A stretch of DNA of 47,098 nt, filler included, from Catajapyx aquilonaris (Eukaryota), in assembly GCA_000934665.2 (NCBI GenBank). It is 2 parts of 2 records of this genome, joined end to end, with 100 filler letters (N's around TTAATTAATTAA, not from the genome) between each part and the next. Parts side by side here need not be neighbours in the genome. Positions count along the whole stretch, not along the records: positions 1 to 29,133 come from JYFJ02006834.1; 1 more part is not named here. The stretch is one strand, 5' to 3'. Each line of letters begins with the position of its first letter. Position 1 is the stretch's first letter. The translations under genes and the position numbers were made by a program. Below are positions 11,212 to 23,859 of this stretch, one piece after another. The notes beneath the pieces are model-generated. The model saw only the letters and a program-made list of their open reading frames with translations. It had not been told where the DNA came from and ran no database searches.

Positions 11212-11562
11212 GGGGGGGGGGGAGACGGAGTGGCTCCGTGGTAACGCGCGCGCCCACGGAAGTTAAGGTCCCGGGTTCAATCCCCACCCGGGGTTCCCAC
11301 CTTCTTTCGTGCAGAGTTGGGCCATCTCTGGCTTCGTTTCGGGTGGCAATTTCCGATAGACTAAGCCACCAGGGGGAGTTCACAAAATGACCAATTAACG
11401 ACAGCGCACTTGCACTTTGCACATCCCCTCCTATACTTACCCTTGGAACAATTAACATATATATATATATTATATGGTTCCCAAAAATAGTGGTATCCCA
11501 CTCCCCTAATAAGGGCCCAAGGTCCGATAATGGGGTACAGGAAAAAAAGAAAAAAAAGAAAA
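11212..11562 (+). mobile_element. tRNA-derived SINE, copy 1
   Basis: A box TGGCTCCGTGG, B box GGTTCAATCCC, A-rich tail. 17-bp TSD AAAACTAATATATGGTG (11195-11211, 11563-11579). Second copy at 44029-44369. Confidence 0.88.
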
Positions 11563-11919
11563 AAAACTAATATATGGTGCAAGTAGTTTTGGGAGCCGAT
11601 GCGTAGTTAATGCTTACTTTGCTCACAAAACTTTGAAGGTGCCCTTCAAAGTTTTGTGACGTCATATCCGCCCTGCCAGCTTCAAAGCAGCAAAAGTCAG
11701 CTCTATGGCTTGCAAATAATCAGGCCTGGAGAGCGTAACTCATCGTCCATGTACATAATTAGGTGATCAAATGCAGTAGGAGTAAGAGCTCCGGTGCGAC
11801 ACCTGTGCCTTACTCTCATAGTTTACCCTCATGCACCGACACCTGACATGATTGAGTACTGTATTGCCCTACTGTATTGTAATTCTATGAGACGGTACTG
11901 TAATGTGGGATGTGCCCCT

Positions 11920-13303
11920 TAGAGATGGGACTATCGATGTATCGATATCGATATATCGATGGTTTACTTGTGAACTATCGATATATATCGCCACTTCCCT
12001 ATATCAATAGATCGGATATCGATGGCTCAAAATTCGATATTTCGGCTACGTATTGTAATAAAAAATTGGTAGGCTACTACTACTACTACTTACTAAATAA
12101 TTACATATAATTTAATAAGCTAGAAATAATTGAGTTTTTTCTTTTACAATCTAATCCTGTCTCATATGAGCATTATGCATATGTGAAGTTTATTATGTCT
12201 ACTGGTGGAGGATGAAGGATGGACCGGACTCAATTAGCTACATGTTTATTCCTCGGCTCTCTCCGTACAACTGCGCTCCTCAACTCCCTCCCCCTGCTCT
12301 CGGGGCCCTCGTCCCCTGCTGCCCTCAGTCGCCATCATACATAACAAAGTTTTTGCAAGTTTAGTTTTACCATTGTGAATAACGGAACTAAGAGAAATGT
12401 TGATTTACCACCTGGTGACTAAGAGCATCATTCTCTTTCTCCAGTGAAACTAACAATATAGCATCACTTTACTTTCATTATTTGTTACTGTGGAGAAATA
12501 AGTGCATAAAACTTACAAAAACTTCACATTTGCATAATGCACTTATGAAACAGGTTATTCTATAATGTCAATAATTTCATGCCCATTAAATTATGATATA
12601 CTGAATGTAACTCTAATTAAACATTCAAATTATACTGGTACTGATTTAAAAATAATCGAATTTTGTGTCATTTGAAACAAATACAAATCATGCCATGTGA
12701 TGACTACATGTTGGTAACTCACTGTCAGTATTTATCTTGCCCTATTGTACTTGGAAATTAGTAACAGACAGGCCTACAATTTACTAATAAATGAGACATC
12801 AGCAATTTGTAGGGGGTGTTTTATTTCCAGAAAATTCATTTCTTTTTAATATGTTGATGTTATTGAGATAGTTAAGCTGCAGTTTAAATTAAAAATTTCC
12901 CTGTCAATTTTATAAGTAGCATTTCATCCCCAAGATTTCATGAAAATTGCAAATAATGTATAGGCCTATGCAATATTATATTTCTGCTATGATTTTATTT
13001 GATCACCATCACTTAACCAAAAAAAATGAATTTATCATTCCTAAAAACATCTCGAAGCAAATCTTGTGTAAATAAGCAATGCTAAGCATGACAGAATGGG
13101 TGGCAGGTAAGTTAAATAGCTCCCCTTGATGCGTAATGTGTCTTCTGAGAAGCTGAAATCACTGTAATGTACTTTATGCCAATTTTCATGAAAATATCGA
13201 TATAATATCGATAGTTGGGCTAACTATCGAGTACTAGATATATCGCTGGGGGCAATATCGATATATCGAAACATCGATACTTTGTTGAAAAGTCCCATCT
13301 CTA
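11920..13303. mobile_element. Non-autonomous hAT-like element (about 1.38 kb) with subterminal ATCGAT repeats
   Basis: TIR TAGAGATGGGACT / AGTCCCATCTCTA with clusters of ATCGAT at both ends. TSD not retained. Confidence 0.8.
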
Positions 13304-14713
13304 ATAAGAATGTCCCTGGGACCATACTCTTCCAATCCAGATATGGCGCCACGGCCGTTTTCGACGTGGAGGCCCATAATTGCGGGTTGGCTACCTTGAA
13401 GCGAGTTAAAAGTATTTTCTGAGCGAACTATATGTCTCTCAGGCGGATATGTGCCAAACAAAGGTTGTAGAGAAACATGTACTCTACAAAAAGTATGAAG
13501 TACCTTTTCCACGTAGAGTCCTTATTTTCAGAGCTACAGTGACTTGAACCCATAGTCATGGAATTAAGGAATGAAAGGGTCAACCGTGCACTTTGGTGAT
13601 GAAAGCATAAAATTTGGTAGGAATGTCCTAGGAACCATACTCTTCAAAATCAGATATGGCGCCACGCCAGTTTTCGCCCAGGAGGCCCGTAATTGCGGGT
13701 TGGCTACCCTTCAGCTAGTGAAAAGTCTTTTTCAAGTCGCTGTAGCTCCGAAAATACGGACCGTGCGTGGAAAAGGTACTTTATACTTTTTGTAGAGTAC
13801 ATGTTTCTCTACAACCTTTGTTTGGCACATATCCGCCTGAGATGCATAGTTCGCTCAGAAAAGACTTTTAACTCGCTTCAAGGTAGCCAACCCGCAATTA
13901 CGGGCATCCAGGTCGAAAACGGCCGTGGCGCCATATCTGGATTTGAAGAGTATGGTCTCAGGGACATTCTTACCAAATTTCACCAATGCACGGTTGGCCT
14001 TTTTTGTCCCTTAATTTGGTTCAAGTCGCTGTATGCAGCTCCGAAAATACGGTCCGTACGTGGAAAGGTTACTATATACTTTTTGTAGCATACATGTTTC
14101 CCCACAACTTTTGTTTGGCACATATCCGCCTAATGGGTCTGTCACACAGGCGTTCCGTTCGCTCGCCCCGAAAAATGTCGCTGCGATCGCTGTGCCCAAA
14201 CTTGTCAGACATGCGCTGACTCGGTCGTAGGGTTTAGCAGGAGAAGTGAAAGGCGACCTCGCCTCGGGGGACAAGTGGGTCATGATGGCAGGGGTGGTTG
14301 GGGTGGGCAGCTGGTGGGAAAAGGTCTCGGCCAATCGGAGCCCGACGAGCCTCTGGAGAAAAACGCAACGAGGGGCTCTTGTCTCGCTGCGTCACCCCCA
14401 AAATCCCCCAATTTCCTCGACCGACGAGGCCCCCAGGGCACAGCGGAGCGCAACGCTCGCCAGTGTGACCCATGCGCGCGAAGCGAGCGGGGCGACGAAG
14501 CGAACGGAACGCCTGTGTGACAGACCCATAAGAAGCATAGTTCGCTCAGAAAAAGGCTTTTCACTCGCTTCAGGGTAGCCAACCCGCCTCCTGGGCGAAA
14601 ACGGGCGTGGCGCCATATCTGAATTTGAAGAGTATGCTCTCAGGGACATTTGTACCAAATTTCATGCTTTTTTCACCAAATGCACGGTTGAATCCCTTAA
14701 CGTCCGGACTATA
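13304..14713. repeat. Array of about 290-bp units in head-to-head orientation (Helentron/HINE-like core repeats)
   Basis: TTCAAGTCGCTGTA recurs at 13731 and 14020. 13304-13550 is the reverse complement of about 13730-13970, and 13575-13730 of about 14550-14700. Confidence 0.75.
14134..14528. mobile_element. PIF/Harbinger MITE (395 bp) inserted in the 290-bp array
   Basis: TIR TGGGTCTGTCACACAGGCGTTCCGTTCGCT with TAA TSD. Empty site visible in the sister unit near 13837 (CCGCC-TGA-GATGCATAG). Confidence 0.9.
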
Positions 14714-14923
14714 ACTCGAATCTTCTACAGTGGAGCATCGATTATCCGAACCCCGATCAACCGAACCATCGGTTAACCGAACGTTTTCGGGTCGGCAAAA
14801 AAAAGAGAAAAAAGCCCGATTTAGCCACCAAAAAAACGAGCCTCGGCTCTCAAGCAAGACATTGGCATCCCCCCCCCCCCTAAACTGTAGGACTGCTTCA
14901 TGTAAGGACAGTAAGGTATATTT

Positions 14924-15698
14924 GATCAAAAACTTTCCCTTCAGTAAAAAAAAGAGAAGTAAGACCTCCGCGGCGGAATGAAGGTACTGAAACAAGGCAG
15001 GCGCACGTAAGACCTTCACCAATTGATTTAAGCTGTACCATAGGTCTTACTCAAGCAATTACCAATTTACTACTCATGAAATCTCCTTTCTGAAAACAAA
15101 TTTGTGGAATTTCTGTAGTACTACTAGTTACTTCTAACTTAGCAGTACCAGTGTAGTGCAATGGTACTGCTAAGTTAGCAGTAACTACAGTTAATAGTAA
15201 TAGTAGTACGACGAAAATTCCACCCATTAATTTTCCATGAGCCACTCCATATTAGTGTTTTATGAAATTAGGAACTTCAATATTAAGCACATTGAATTTC
15301 TTTGCGATTAGTGCGAATTATTGCCATGAAACATTCATGCAGAATCGGCACCCCTTTTAGATGCTGATTTTAACTCTAGCGTTTAATTTTTCACATGTAA
15401 ACGTTAATTGGTGAATTTTAGAGGGTCTTTTCCGATTGAGCCAAGTCTGTTAGAATGGGTTTAGTTTTTCCCCCATTTTTTTCTTTTCATAATAAAATCC
15501 TACCTACTGCTCTGAGTAGTTTGCAGCAGTCATTTACGAGACGTTCCATACCGTACCTGAGAATTGCTTGAGTAAGACCTATGGTACAGCTTAAATCAAT
15601 TGGTGAAGGTCTTACGTGCGCCTGCCTTGTTTCAGTACCTTCATTCCGCCGCGGAGGTCTTACTTCTCTTTTTTTTACTGAAGGGAAAGTTTTTGATC
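14924..15698. repeat. Near-perfect about 137-bp inverted repeat pair with about 500-bp spacer
   Basis: 14924-15060 is the reverse complement of 15562-15698. Each arm has three GTAAGACC motifs. No TSD found. Confidence 0.85.
15102..15227. mobile_element. Short palindromic MITE family (GGGTGGAATT-like termini, CTAACTTAGCAGT core)
   Basis: Related copies at about 10448-10966 (interrupted by the hAT MITE), 40088-40206 and 43085-43181. Confidence 0.65.
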
Positions 15699-15893
15699 TA
15701 ATTTCAGTTCTTTTTTGACAGTACACGTAACTTATGCTCTACACTATACAGTCTGCACAATGAATGCATTGGAGACGATTTTCGTCGCTTAGAAGTCCCT
15801 AAAATTATTTTCACAGAGATAGTCGTAAAAAAACGAAAGTCGAGTGCTACCAGCCAATGGTTAGTCTGATTTAATTAGTCTGGCTTAATAGTA

Positions 15894-16330
15894 CAATTGA
15901 ATCCGGATAAAACAAACTTCAAGAGACTGCGGAAAAAGTATGTTATAACCGAGGTCTGTTTTAGCCGAATCGTCACGCAACGAGAACATAAATTTCTGAT
16001 TTCAATATGGCTGTACTATGCACTATACTAGACAACATACTGATTAATGAAATCTGTCACAAATGCAATATTGGCTCACCCGAAAATTATGCAGGACCAA
16101 ATTATCCGAAATTTCCTTCTGCCGTCTCCTTTTTGCAAATTTTATACCTGGAAAACAATACTGTATTTTCCCACTGAGGGTCCAAAAAATGGTCTGTTAT
16201 ACCCGAGGGGAGGTGAAAATGAGTCTGTTATATCAGGAGTGAAAATAGACAGTGCCTAATGGAAGCATGCCGGGACAGCCTTTATAACCAAGTCTGTTAC
16301 AGCCGAGGCTGTTATATCCGGATTCAACTG
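15894..16330. mobile_element. pogo/Tigger-like MITE nested in 14728-17045
   Basis: TA|CAATTGAATCCGGATA ... TATCCGGATTCAACTG|TA, with subterminal GTTATAACC-like repeats. Confidence 0.8.
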
Positions 16331-17391
16331 TAAATCTGTAATAAGTGCAATGCCATCACACCAGCGGCAGGGTAACATTTGGCTAATAACAATATGGCGA
16401 GGTGGTAAATAAGTATTGACGTTTCTAGGTGATGGCGTCATGAACGAAATGAAGTAATGAGAGAAAAATAAAGAGGTAAAAAAATCACAGCTCCAATCCT
16501 GTAGCAGTGGGAACTGTGGGATTTTGAACATAGATCCGCACCATCCTACTGCATCTTCGGCCCTTTGACGAAGAAACCAAATTCCGAATAGTTATTGAGC
16601 AAAAAAATTGAGACGTATTTTTTGGTGGTTTTAAATTTTTTGCGGCGTTTTGAAGAGGAATGAAGTAAAAGTGTAAATGGTAGGAAATCAAGTCACGACG
16701 GTGGGGATCTGTGTTCAAAATTTGGAAGCTCTACCTACAGCAGAATCTGAGTTAGGGCGATTGAAAAAAACGTAACAACAACAACAACAAGAAGAAGAAG
16801 AAGAAGAAACAGGAAAAATTCATTGTTGAAACGCTATGCTACGGTCTTACTTAAGGGCTATCGCCCTTAAAATGTGCAGTATTTTTAAGACGTGTCTGTG
16901 ACAGAAAATATACAGTTTTGTGGTTAATATCACTGTTTCTTGGTTTCATATTGCTCCTATGACACTGGTACAAGTTTTTTTCCGTAAATGATCGGTTATC
17001 CGAACACCGCCTTGGCAGACTGTTCGGATAATCGATGCTCCACTGTAAAACTCGAAGTTTTTTCCGGTCCCATGGAGATTCGACTTATAGAAGTGTTACT
17101 GTATATTGTGCAGTATACAGGGTGGTCCATTTAAAACTGTTTCTGCTCATATCCTGACAATCATGCATCCAACAAGACCTGCTGCATATGGAATGTGGGT
17201 TGCACCAAGGGGGACACAGGATAGTGCTGCGGGGTACATTGCGGATGGCGCCATTGACCGTGACCCGGGGTCTACTATCCGTTTATTTAATATAGAGCCA
17301 TGTGTTTGACTCTAAACAACTCCCAGGCAAATTATCCAAAAAATATTATGGTATGTATCGTGAGAAAGCTTGTTTAAATCCACGTTACATA

Positions 17392-17931
17392 CAGGGTGAT
17401 CCAACTCTATGGCACCAGTAGTTATTGAAAAAATCGCGCAAGCTGCTTGTTTATAAGCAAGTCGTTGCTAAGAGATGCTTTCTGGCTCTTTCTGGAGAAT
17501 CGGGAATAGCACCTGCTGATATTAGGTCCAATGCCCATGTAACAATAATATTTTATTTGCTGGTAACTAAACAACGCTGCCTGTTGACCTGTCTCAGTTT
17601 TGCCAACTGCGGCCAACAATGAACAGACCAGAAGGCCTATTTATTGACACACCCGGGTCTGTCCAGTTCCGACGGATTAGACCTTTGGTTTGGCAGCTAG
17701 TGACCTCATGTGAAACCCTCCAGCGAACACCAGAACAGCCTGTTTCCCACGGGTGATCCTTTTTTCCCTCATTAATATTGTTACATGGGCATTGGGCCTA
17801 ATATCAGCAGGTGCTATTCCCGATTCTCCAGAAAGTAACTCTTATTGATCTCTTAGCAACGACCTGCTTATAAACAAGCAGCTTGTTGATTTTTCCAATA
17901 ACTGTTGGTGCCACAGAGTTGGATCACCCTG
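17392..17931. mobile_element. Mariner-derived MITE with about 155-bp TIRs
   Basis: TA|CAGGGTGATCCAACTCT ... AGAGTTGGATCACCCTG|TA. Confidence 0.9.
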
Positions 17932-17940
17932 TATATATAT

Positions 17941-19696
17941 GAGGCATTCCACGTCAAGCGGGCCACCTTTCCGACAAATCTTCGAGGACTTTGACCAAAT
18001 TGTAATGACATGTACTACTCATCGACCTATGCCGGAAGCCAAAATATTATACCTCTGCGTTGCGTGGTTGCGTAACTACAGTGTGCGGAATCTACCAATT
18101 TATGCGGATTTTTGCAACGCATGAAGTCACTTGGATTACCATAACTCCCAGAGGATAAGTGCAAATGCTAAACTTGATGTATGCGTTGGATACGTATTTT
18201 AACGCTCTATGAGATGGCCATACTGATGATTAAGAGAATCAAAAATTTAAAGTGAAAAATTGGCGCTCCAATTTTGATTTTGATTTTTCTCAAACTTGGA
18301 CATTTTTGATTTTTTTTGAATGACTCTTAAAATGAAGCTGAACATGTCTGGCCGATATTTTCGAAAACTCCCCGAGAAATTGGTCTTTCTCGCGCTATAA
18401 GCCGCAACGCAACCCGTGTACGGATTTTTGCTTAGCATGNTACCATAACTCCCAGAGGATAAGTGCAAATGCTAAACTTGATGTATGCGTTGGATACGTA
18501 TTTTAACGCTCTATGAGATGGCCATACCGATGATTAATAGAATCAAAAATTTAAAGTCAAAAATTGGCGCTCCAATTTTGATTTTGATTTTTCTCAAACT
18601 TGGACGTGTTTGATTTTTTTTAAATAACTCTTAAAATGAAGCTGAACATGTCTGGCCGATATTTCCGAAAACTCCCCGAGACCGAAATTGGTCTTTCACG
18701 CGCGATAAGCCAAAACGCAAACCGTGTGCATGCACGTGGACCATCCAAGCGAAGATCTATCGTTTGTACTGATCTGAAATAAATCATAAGTGACCAACAA
18801 AGAGCAATACACTAGTACTGCATTGGACAGATCTAATCATGTCAGTGTTTGGTGTCAAATTATACTCCCACTGTACCCGGTACTTAGAGAGCGCGAGTTC
18901 TGTCATATTAGCATACGAATGACCTAGGCACTTATGATTTATTTCAGATCAGTACAAACGATAGATCTTCGCTTGGATGGTCCACGTGCATGCACACGGT
19001 TTGTGTTTTGGCTTATCGCGCGTGAAAGACCAATTTCGGTCTCGGGGAGTTTTCGGAAATATCGGCCAGACATGTTCAGCTTCATTTTAAGAGTTATTTA
19101 AAAAAAATCAAACACGTCCAAGTTTGAGAAAAATCAAAATCAAAATTGGAGCGCCAATTTTTGACTTTAAATTTTTGATTCTCGTAATCATCAGTATGGC
19201 CATCTCATAGAGCGTTACAATACGTATCCAACGCATACATCAAGTTTAGCATTTGCACTTGTCCTCTGGGAGTTATGGTAATCCAAGTGACTGCATGCTA
19301 AGCAAAAATCCGTACACGGGTTGCGTTGCGGCTTATAGCGCGAGAAAGACCAATTTCGGTCTCGGGGAGTTTTCGAAAATATCGGCCAGACATGTTCAGC
19401 TTCATTTTAAGAGTCATTTAAAAAAAATCAAAGATGTCCAAGTTTGAGAAAAATCAAAATCAAAATTGGAGCGCCAATTTTTGACTTTAAATTTTTGATT
19501 CTCTTAATCATCGGTATGGTCATCTTATAGAGCGTTAAAATACGTATCCAAGGCATACATCAAGTTTAGCATTTGCACTTATCCTCTGGGAGTTATGGTA
19601 ATCCAAGTGACTTCATGCGTTGCAAAAATCCGCATAAATTGGTAGATTCCGCACCCTGTAGTTACGCAACCACGCAACGCAGAGGTATAATATTTT
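17941..19696. mobile_element. Foldback element with about 750-bp arms, each containing tandem about 300-bp units; probably Sola2-derived, right terminus lost
   Basis: 18041-18792 is the reverse complement of 18929-19696, with a 136-bp spacer. The left end GAGGCATTCCACGTCAA resembles the Sola2-like terminus at 20937. More diverged units follow at about 19820-20430. Confidence 0.8.
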
Positions 19697-20936
19697 ATAT
19701 TTATATTTATATATATTTATTATTATTATATTATTTATATATATTTATATTTATATTTATATTCAAGAGGTATTATATATAAGGTCATATATAAGGTCAT
19801 ATATAAGGGTATATATAAGGTCAGGTCAAATATAACATTTGATATGTGCATTCGAAGGGTAATTGTACGCTCAATGAGATGGCCATACTCAAAATTGAAA
19901 AATACAAAAATCTAAAATCAAATAAGGCACCCAAAACATTGATTTTGATATTGGTCGTGAATCGACCCCTACGATTTCTTTTGAATGGCACTTAACATGA
20001 CAAGGGCAATGTTTATTTCACATTTCCGAAAAATCTCAAGAACCCTTTTTCGATATTTGCCGACAATAATAACTTTTTTGGTTTCAAACTCGTCCCGTAA
20101 GTGTAGTCACCTCATTTGGAGGACTGTAACTAGGAGAAGATCAGGTCAAATCTTATATTTGATATGCGTATTCGGAAGGTATTTTTATGCCCCAGGAGAT
20201 GGTCATACTCAAAATGGAAGAATCCGAAAACTTTAAATTAAAGATGACGGCCAATTTTTGATTTTGATATTGATCAATATTCGACACCCACGATTTCTTT
20301 TGAATGGCACTTAAAATGATCAGGGTAATGTTTACTTGAGATTTCCGCAAATTCGGGAGAACCCCTTTTTGATGATTGCCTAATATAAAAACATGTTAGT
20401 TGCAAGACGCGTACCGTAAATGTAGTCACCTCAATTATCAATAAGATTGCTCCAAATTTGTTGCCTTAAATATTCATGCTACATATATCGCGAGACTTCC
20501 TGATTCTAGCACTCTACATTGGTAATAATAATTAATGAATACCGATTTTAAGGACATACTGAAAAGATAAGTCTCATAACGTTAACTGAGACGAAATAGG
20601 TATTTATTATATTTACGTAGAGTGATAGATTCAGGCATTATCATTATGTGCAACATGAATATTTAACTCGACAAATTTGGAGTAATTTTATTCATAATTT
20701 AGGTGACTACATTTACGGTACGCGTCTCGCAACTAAAATGTTTTTATATTTGGCATATAATGCGCATATNCCCTTCCCACCATTTTGGGGTTGGGGAATG
20801 ACTAAGAGAGGTGCCGGTCTTTCAATGCTATTCTACATTTACTGCACATCCTTCAATTTTTCATTACATACTATTACTGGATTATTAAGGTACATTGTGT
20901 ATTTTCTTACTCTCTCACATCCGCAATGTTGCACAT

Positions 20937-23259
20937 GGGTGGTTCCATTTCAAATCAGGCCAGATCCAGAAAAGTTGTCAGGGCTTGGTCTCCGATTATA
21001 ACGGAAAAATTACACGATGTACCTCTGTCGAAATGATGACGAATGACACTGGCTATTTTTCAGAGTCATTTTTTATTTGCCCTGAAAAAAATCATAACCG
21101 CAGGGGTACCAAATCTGCTATTTCTCGAAGTTAATTTTTTCTCAACTTTGGACGCGTGTACCAATTTTTCTATACGTTACAGAAAAACCAAATTTGGAAT
21201 GGAGCAACTGCCTACCTAGGTCTGAATTTTCGATATAAAATAATTGCGAATGTATAATTAGCAACCGCGAAAAAATTGGCAAAAATGCTGTTTTACGACA
21301 TTTTAGCAGTTTTCGCGAATTTTTTTCTTTGCAAAAAAAATATTTGTGGGCAAATGAAACACGTGGACTTTGAGTACAACTCATACCCTCTCTACTTATC
21401 ATCTTTGTTAAGCTTTGAAGTCAAAGGTTAACAGTGGACCCATTGTTGAACATTGTCAACTTCGCAAAACATGGTTTGGAAGAAAATAATTTTCTCAAAA
21501 ACACCACCGGATAATTGAACGCCTATTTATTTCTGGGCAGAGGAACATCTGAGCCACACACCAGTGCAAAAGTTTCTCTCCCCCCGAGGCTTATGATCCC
21601 GATTTGAATTTTATTACTTTCTCGTTTCCGGCGCTCTCCATGGAGCCCACCGACCCAGTCCCACGACTCATAGCATCATGTATACGGTACATTTGATTAG
21701 AACTTCTCTCGTGTGTGTAGGCTACATGTGATTGTATGATACCTTGAAACTTATATCTGATACTGGTTAATGCTGCTATGTGAGGTCCGGTGAGGTCAAA
21801 TCAGGCATAGAGGTATTGCAAAGTCTTACTCACATTTTTCCAGAAGTCACACCAAATGTATCGTCACTGACAAGTGACAACAGCGACTCTCATAACGTTG
21901 TCACCCAAGTATGCCACGCAGGTGAACACAGTGATCTGCGTCTTCGCCCAGTGGTAGCTCTGAATTTCGTCGGGAAGTATTACAGTTCAATTTTCAGCAA
22001 AATCGAAATGTAATACTAGGTGCGAGTCACTATCTTGGCACTGCCTATTCAACTTCTGCACAGCCTCTCGCTGAATCGTTCGTACATGTTCGTGAGTTAT
22101 TCCTTTCGTAGTCCAGTGGACAAGTTCATTGTCTACAAAAGAAGCAACTGATGATGTTCTCTTATGCTCCCACACTGCAAGTGACACTTCTTCGTCGTCA
22201 TAGTCTGTCAGGAACAAGCTTTCTGTAGATAGTCCTTCAGTTCCTGGACAATCAACACATTCCAGGTTCCAACATTCCTCCGTCGGTCATGGACAGACGC
22301 AGAGATGGAACAGGTCAGAGTTGTTTACTGTGCAAAGAACAGCGCAACATTTGGTGTGACTTCTGGAAAAATGTGAGTAAGACTTTGCAATACCTCTATG
22401 CCTGATTTGACCTCACCGGAGCTCACATAGCATTAACCAGTATCAGATATAAGTTTCAAGGTATCATACAATCACATGTAGCCTACACATACGAGAGAAG
22501 TTCTAATCAAATGTACCGTATACATGATGCTATGAGTCGTGGGACTGGGTCGGTGGGCTCCATGGAGAGCGCCGGAAACGAGTAAGTAATAAAATTCAAA
22601 TCGGGATCATAAACCTCGGGGGGGAGAGAAATATTTGCACTGGTGTGTGGCTCAGATGTTCCTCTGCCCAGAAATAAATAGGCGTTCAATTATCCGGTGG
22701 TGTTTTTGAGAAAATTATTTTCTTCCAAACCATGTTTTGCGAAGTTGACAATGTTCAACAATGGGTCCACTGTTAACCTTTGACTTCAAAGCTTAACAAA
22801 AATGATAAGTAGAGAGGGTATGAGTTGTACTCAAAGTCCACATGTTTCATTTGCCCACAAATATTTTTTTTGCAAAGAAAAAAATTCGCGAAAACTGCTA
22901 AAATGTCGTAAAACAGCATTTTTGCCAATTCTTTGCGCGGTTGCTAATTATACATTCGCAATTATTTTATATCGAAAATTCAGACCTAGGCAGGCAGTTG
23001 CTCCATTACAAATTTGGTTTCTCTGTAACGAACAGGAAAATTGGTACAGGCGTCCAAAGTTGAGAAAAAATTAACTTCGAGAAATAGCAGATTTGGTACC
23101 CCTGCGGTTATGATTTTTTTCAGGGCAAATAAAAAATGACACTGAAAAATAGCCAGTGTCATTCGTCATCATTTCGACTGCGGTACTTCGTGTAATTTTT
23201 CCGTCATAATCGGAGACCAAGCCCTGACAGCCTCCGCCTGATTTGAAATGGAACCACCC
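20937..23259 (-). mobile_element. Sola2-like DNA transposon deletion derivative with about 920-bp inverted arms
   Basis: Termini GGGTGGTTCCATTTCAAATCAGGC with 4-bp TSD ACAT (20933-20936, 23260-23263). Arms 20937-21859 / 22347-23259 enclose a transposase remnant. A third terminus copy lies at 28968. Confidence 0.88.
21862..22325 (-). pseudogene. Sola2-type transposase fragment with in-frame stops
   Basis: Translates as CVCP*PTEECWNLECVDCPG ... LVLHFDFAEN*TVILPDEIQSYHWAKTQITVFTCVAY. DF(A/S)EN...EIQSxHW is the motif I associate with the first catalytic Asp of Sola2 transposases. Confidence 0.75.
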
Positions 23260-23369
23260 ACATGCAATATGCTCCATGTTACATGCATGCCAACATTGTA
23301 TTTAACCATAATTATTGTAAAGGTTACTACAAAATCAACGAGTCACTCCTACAGAAAAGTATTTCATAA

Positions 23370-23396
23370 CCCGAGCAACGCCGGGTATCCTGCTAG
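23370..23396 (+). mobile_element. Helitron 3' end
   Basis: CCCGAGCAACGCCGGG hairpin followed by CTAG|T, nearly identical to the 3' end of the Helitron at 27305. Confidence 0.7.
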
Positions 23397-23859
23397 TATA
23401 TATATATATACGATATATCTCAGGTAACAAACCTTTGTTTTGGACCCACATGGGTTTCCTAACTGGGGATGGGGAAGTGGCTTTTTCGCTTTTTATTATT
23501 CGTTTCTTCTCATGGTTGGTTGGATGGTTTACAAAGAAGTCCAGAGGTGCCCCGCTTGTATGGCTCTTCTTGTTGATCCTTCGAAGAAGAAAAAAAGCCG
23601 CCTTTCCATACCGTAAATTGTCCTGCTCGCAACAAACAGCATTGCCATCGAATGACTCTAGCAAATTAATGTCACAATGAAGTACCTCAGGGGTAAATGA
23701 GCCGCATGCAGTGGAGTGTCCTGCCACTTTTGCGCACGTGTCATGGCCAAAATTAATTCGCATTGTTGTGGGATAAATCGGAGAAGACTTGCAACGGTAC
23801 ACCGACAGGCAGCGCCATCTGGACGCGTGAAGCTGCCCCTCATCCGCCCACATTGCACC

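Larger units (their letters stand above)
14728..17045. mobile_element. pogo/Tigger-like element containing several nested insertions
   Basis: TA|CAGTGGAGCATCGATTATCCGAAC ... GTTCGGATAATCGATGCTCCACTG|TA, a perfect 24-bp TIR. Confidence 0.85.

Noticed and set aside
11219..11295. tRNA gene
   Set aside because: It has A and B boxes but continues into a SINE core with tail and TSD, and occurs twice with the same body; it is a SINE head.
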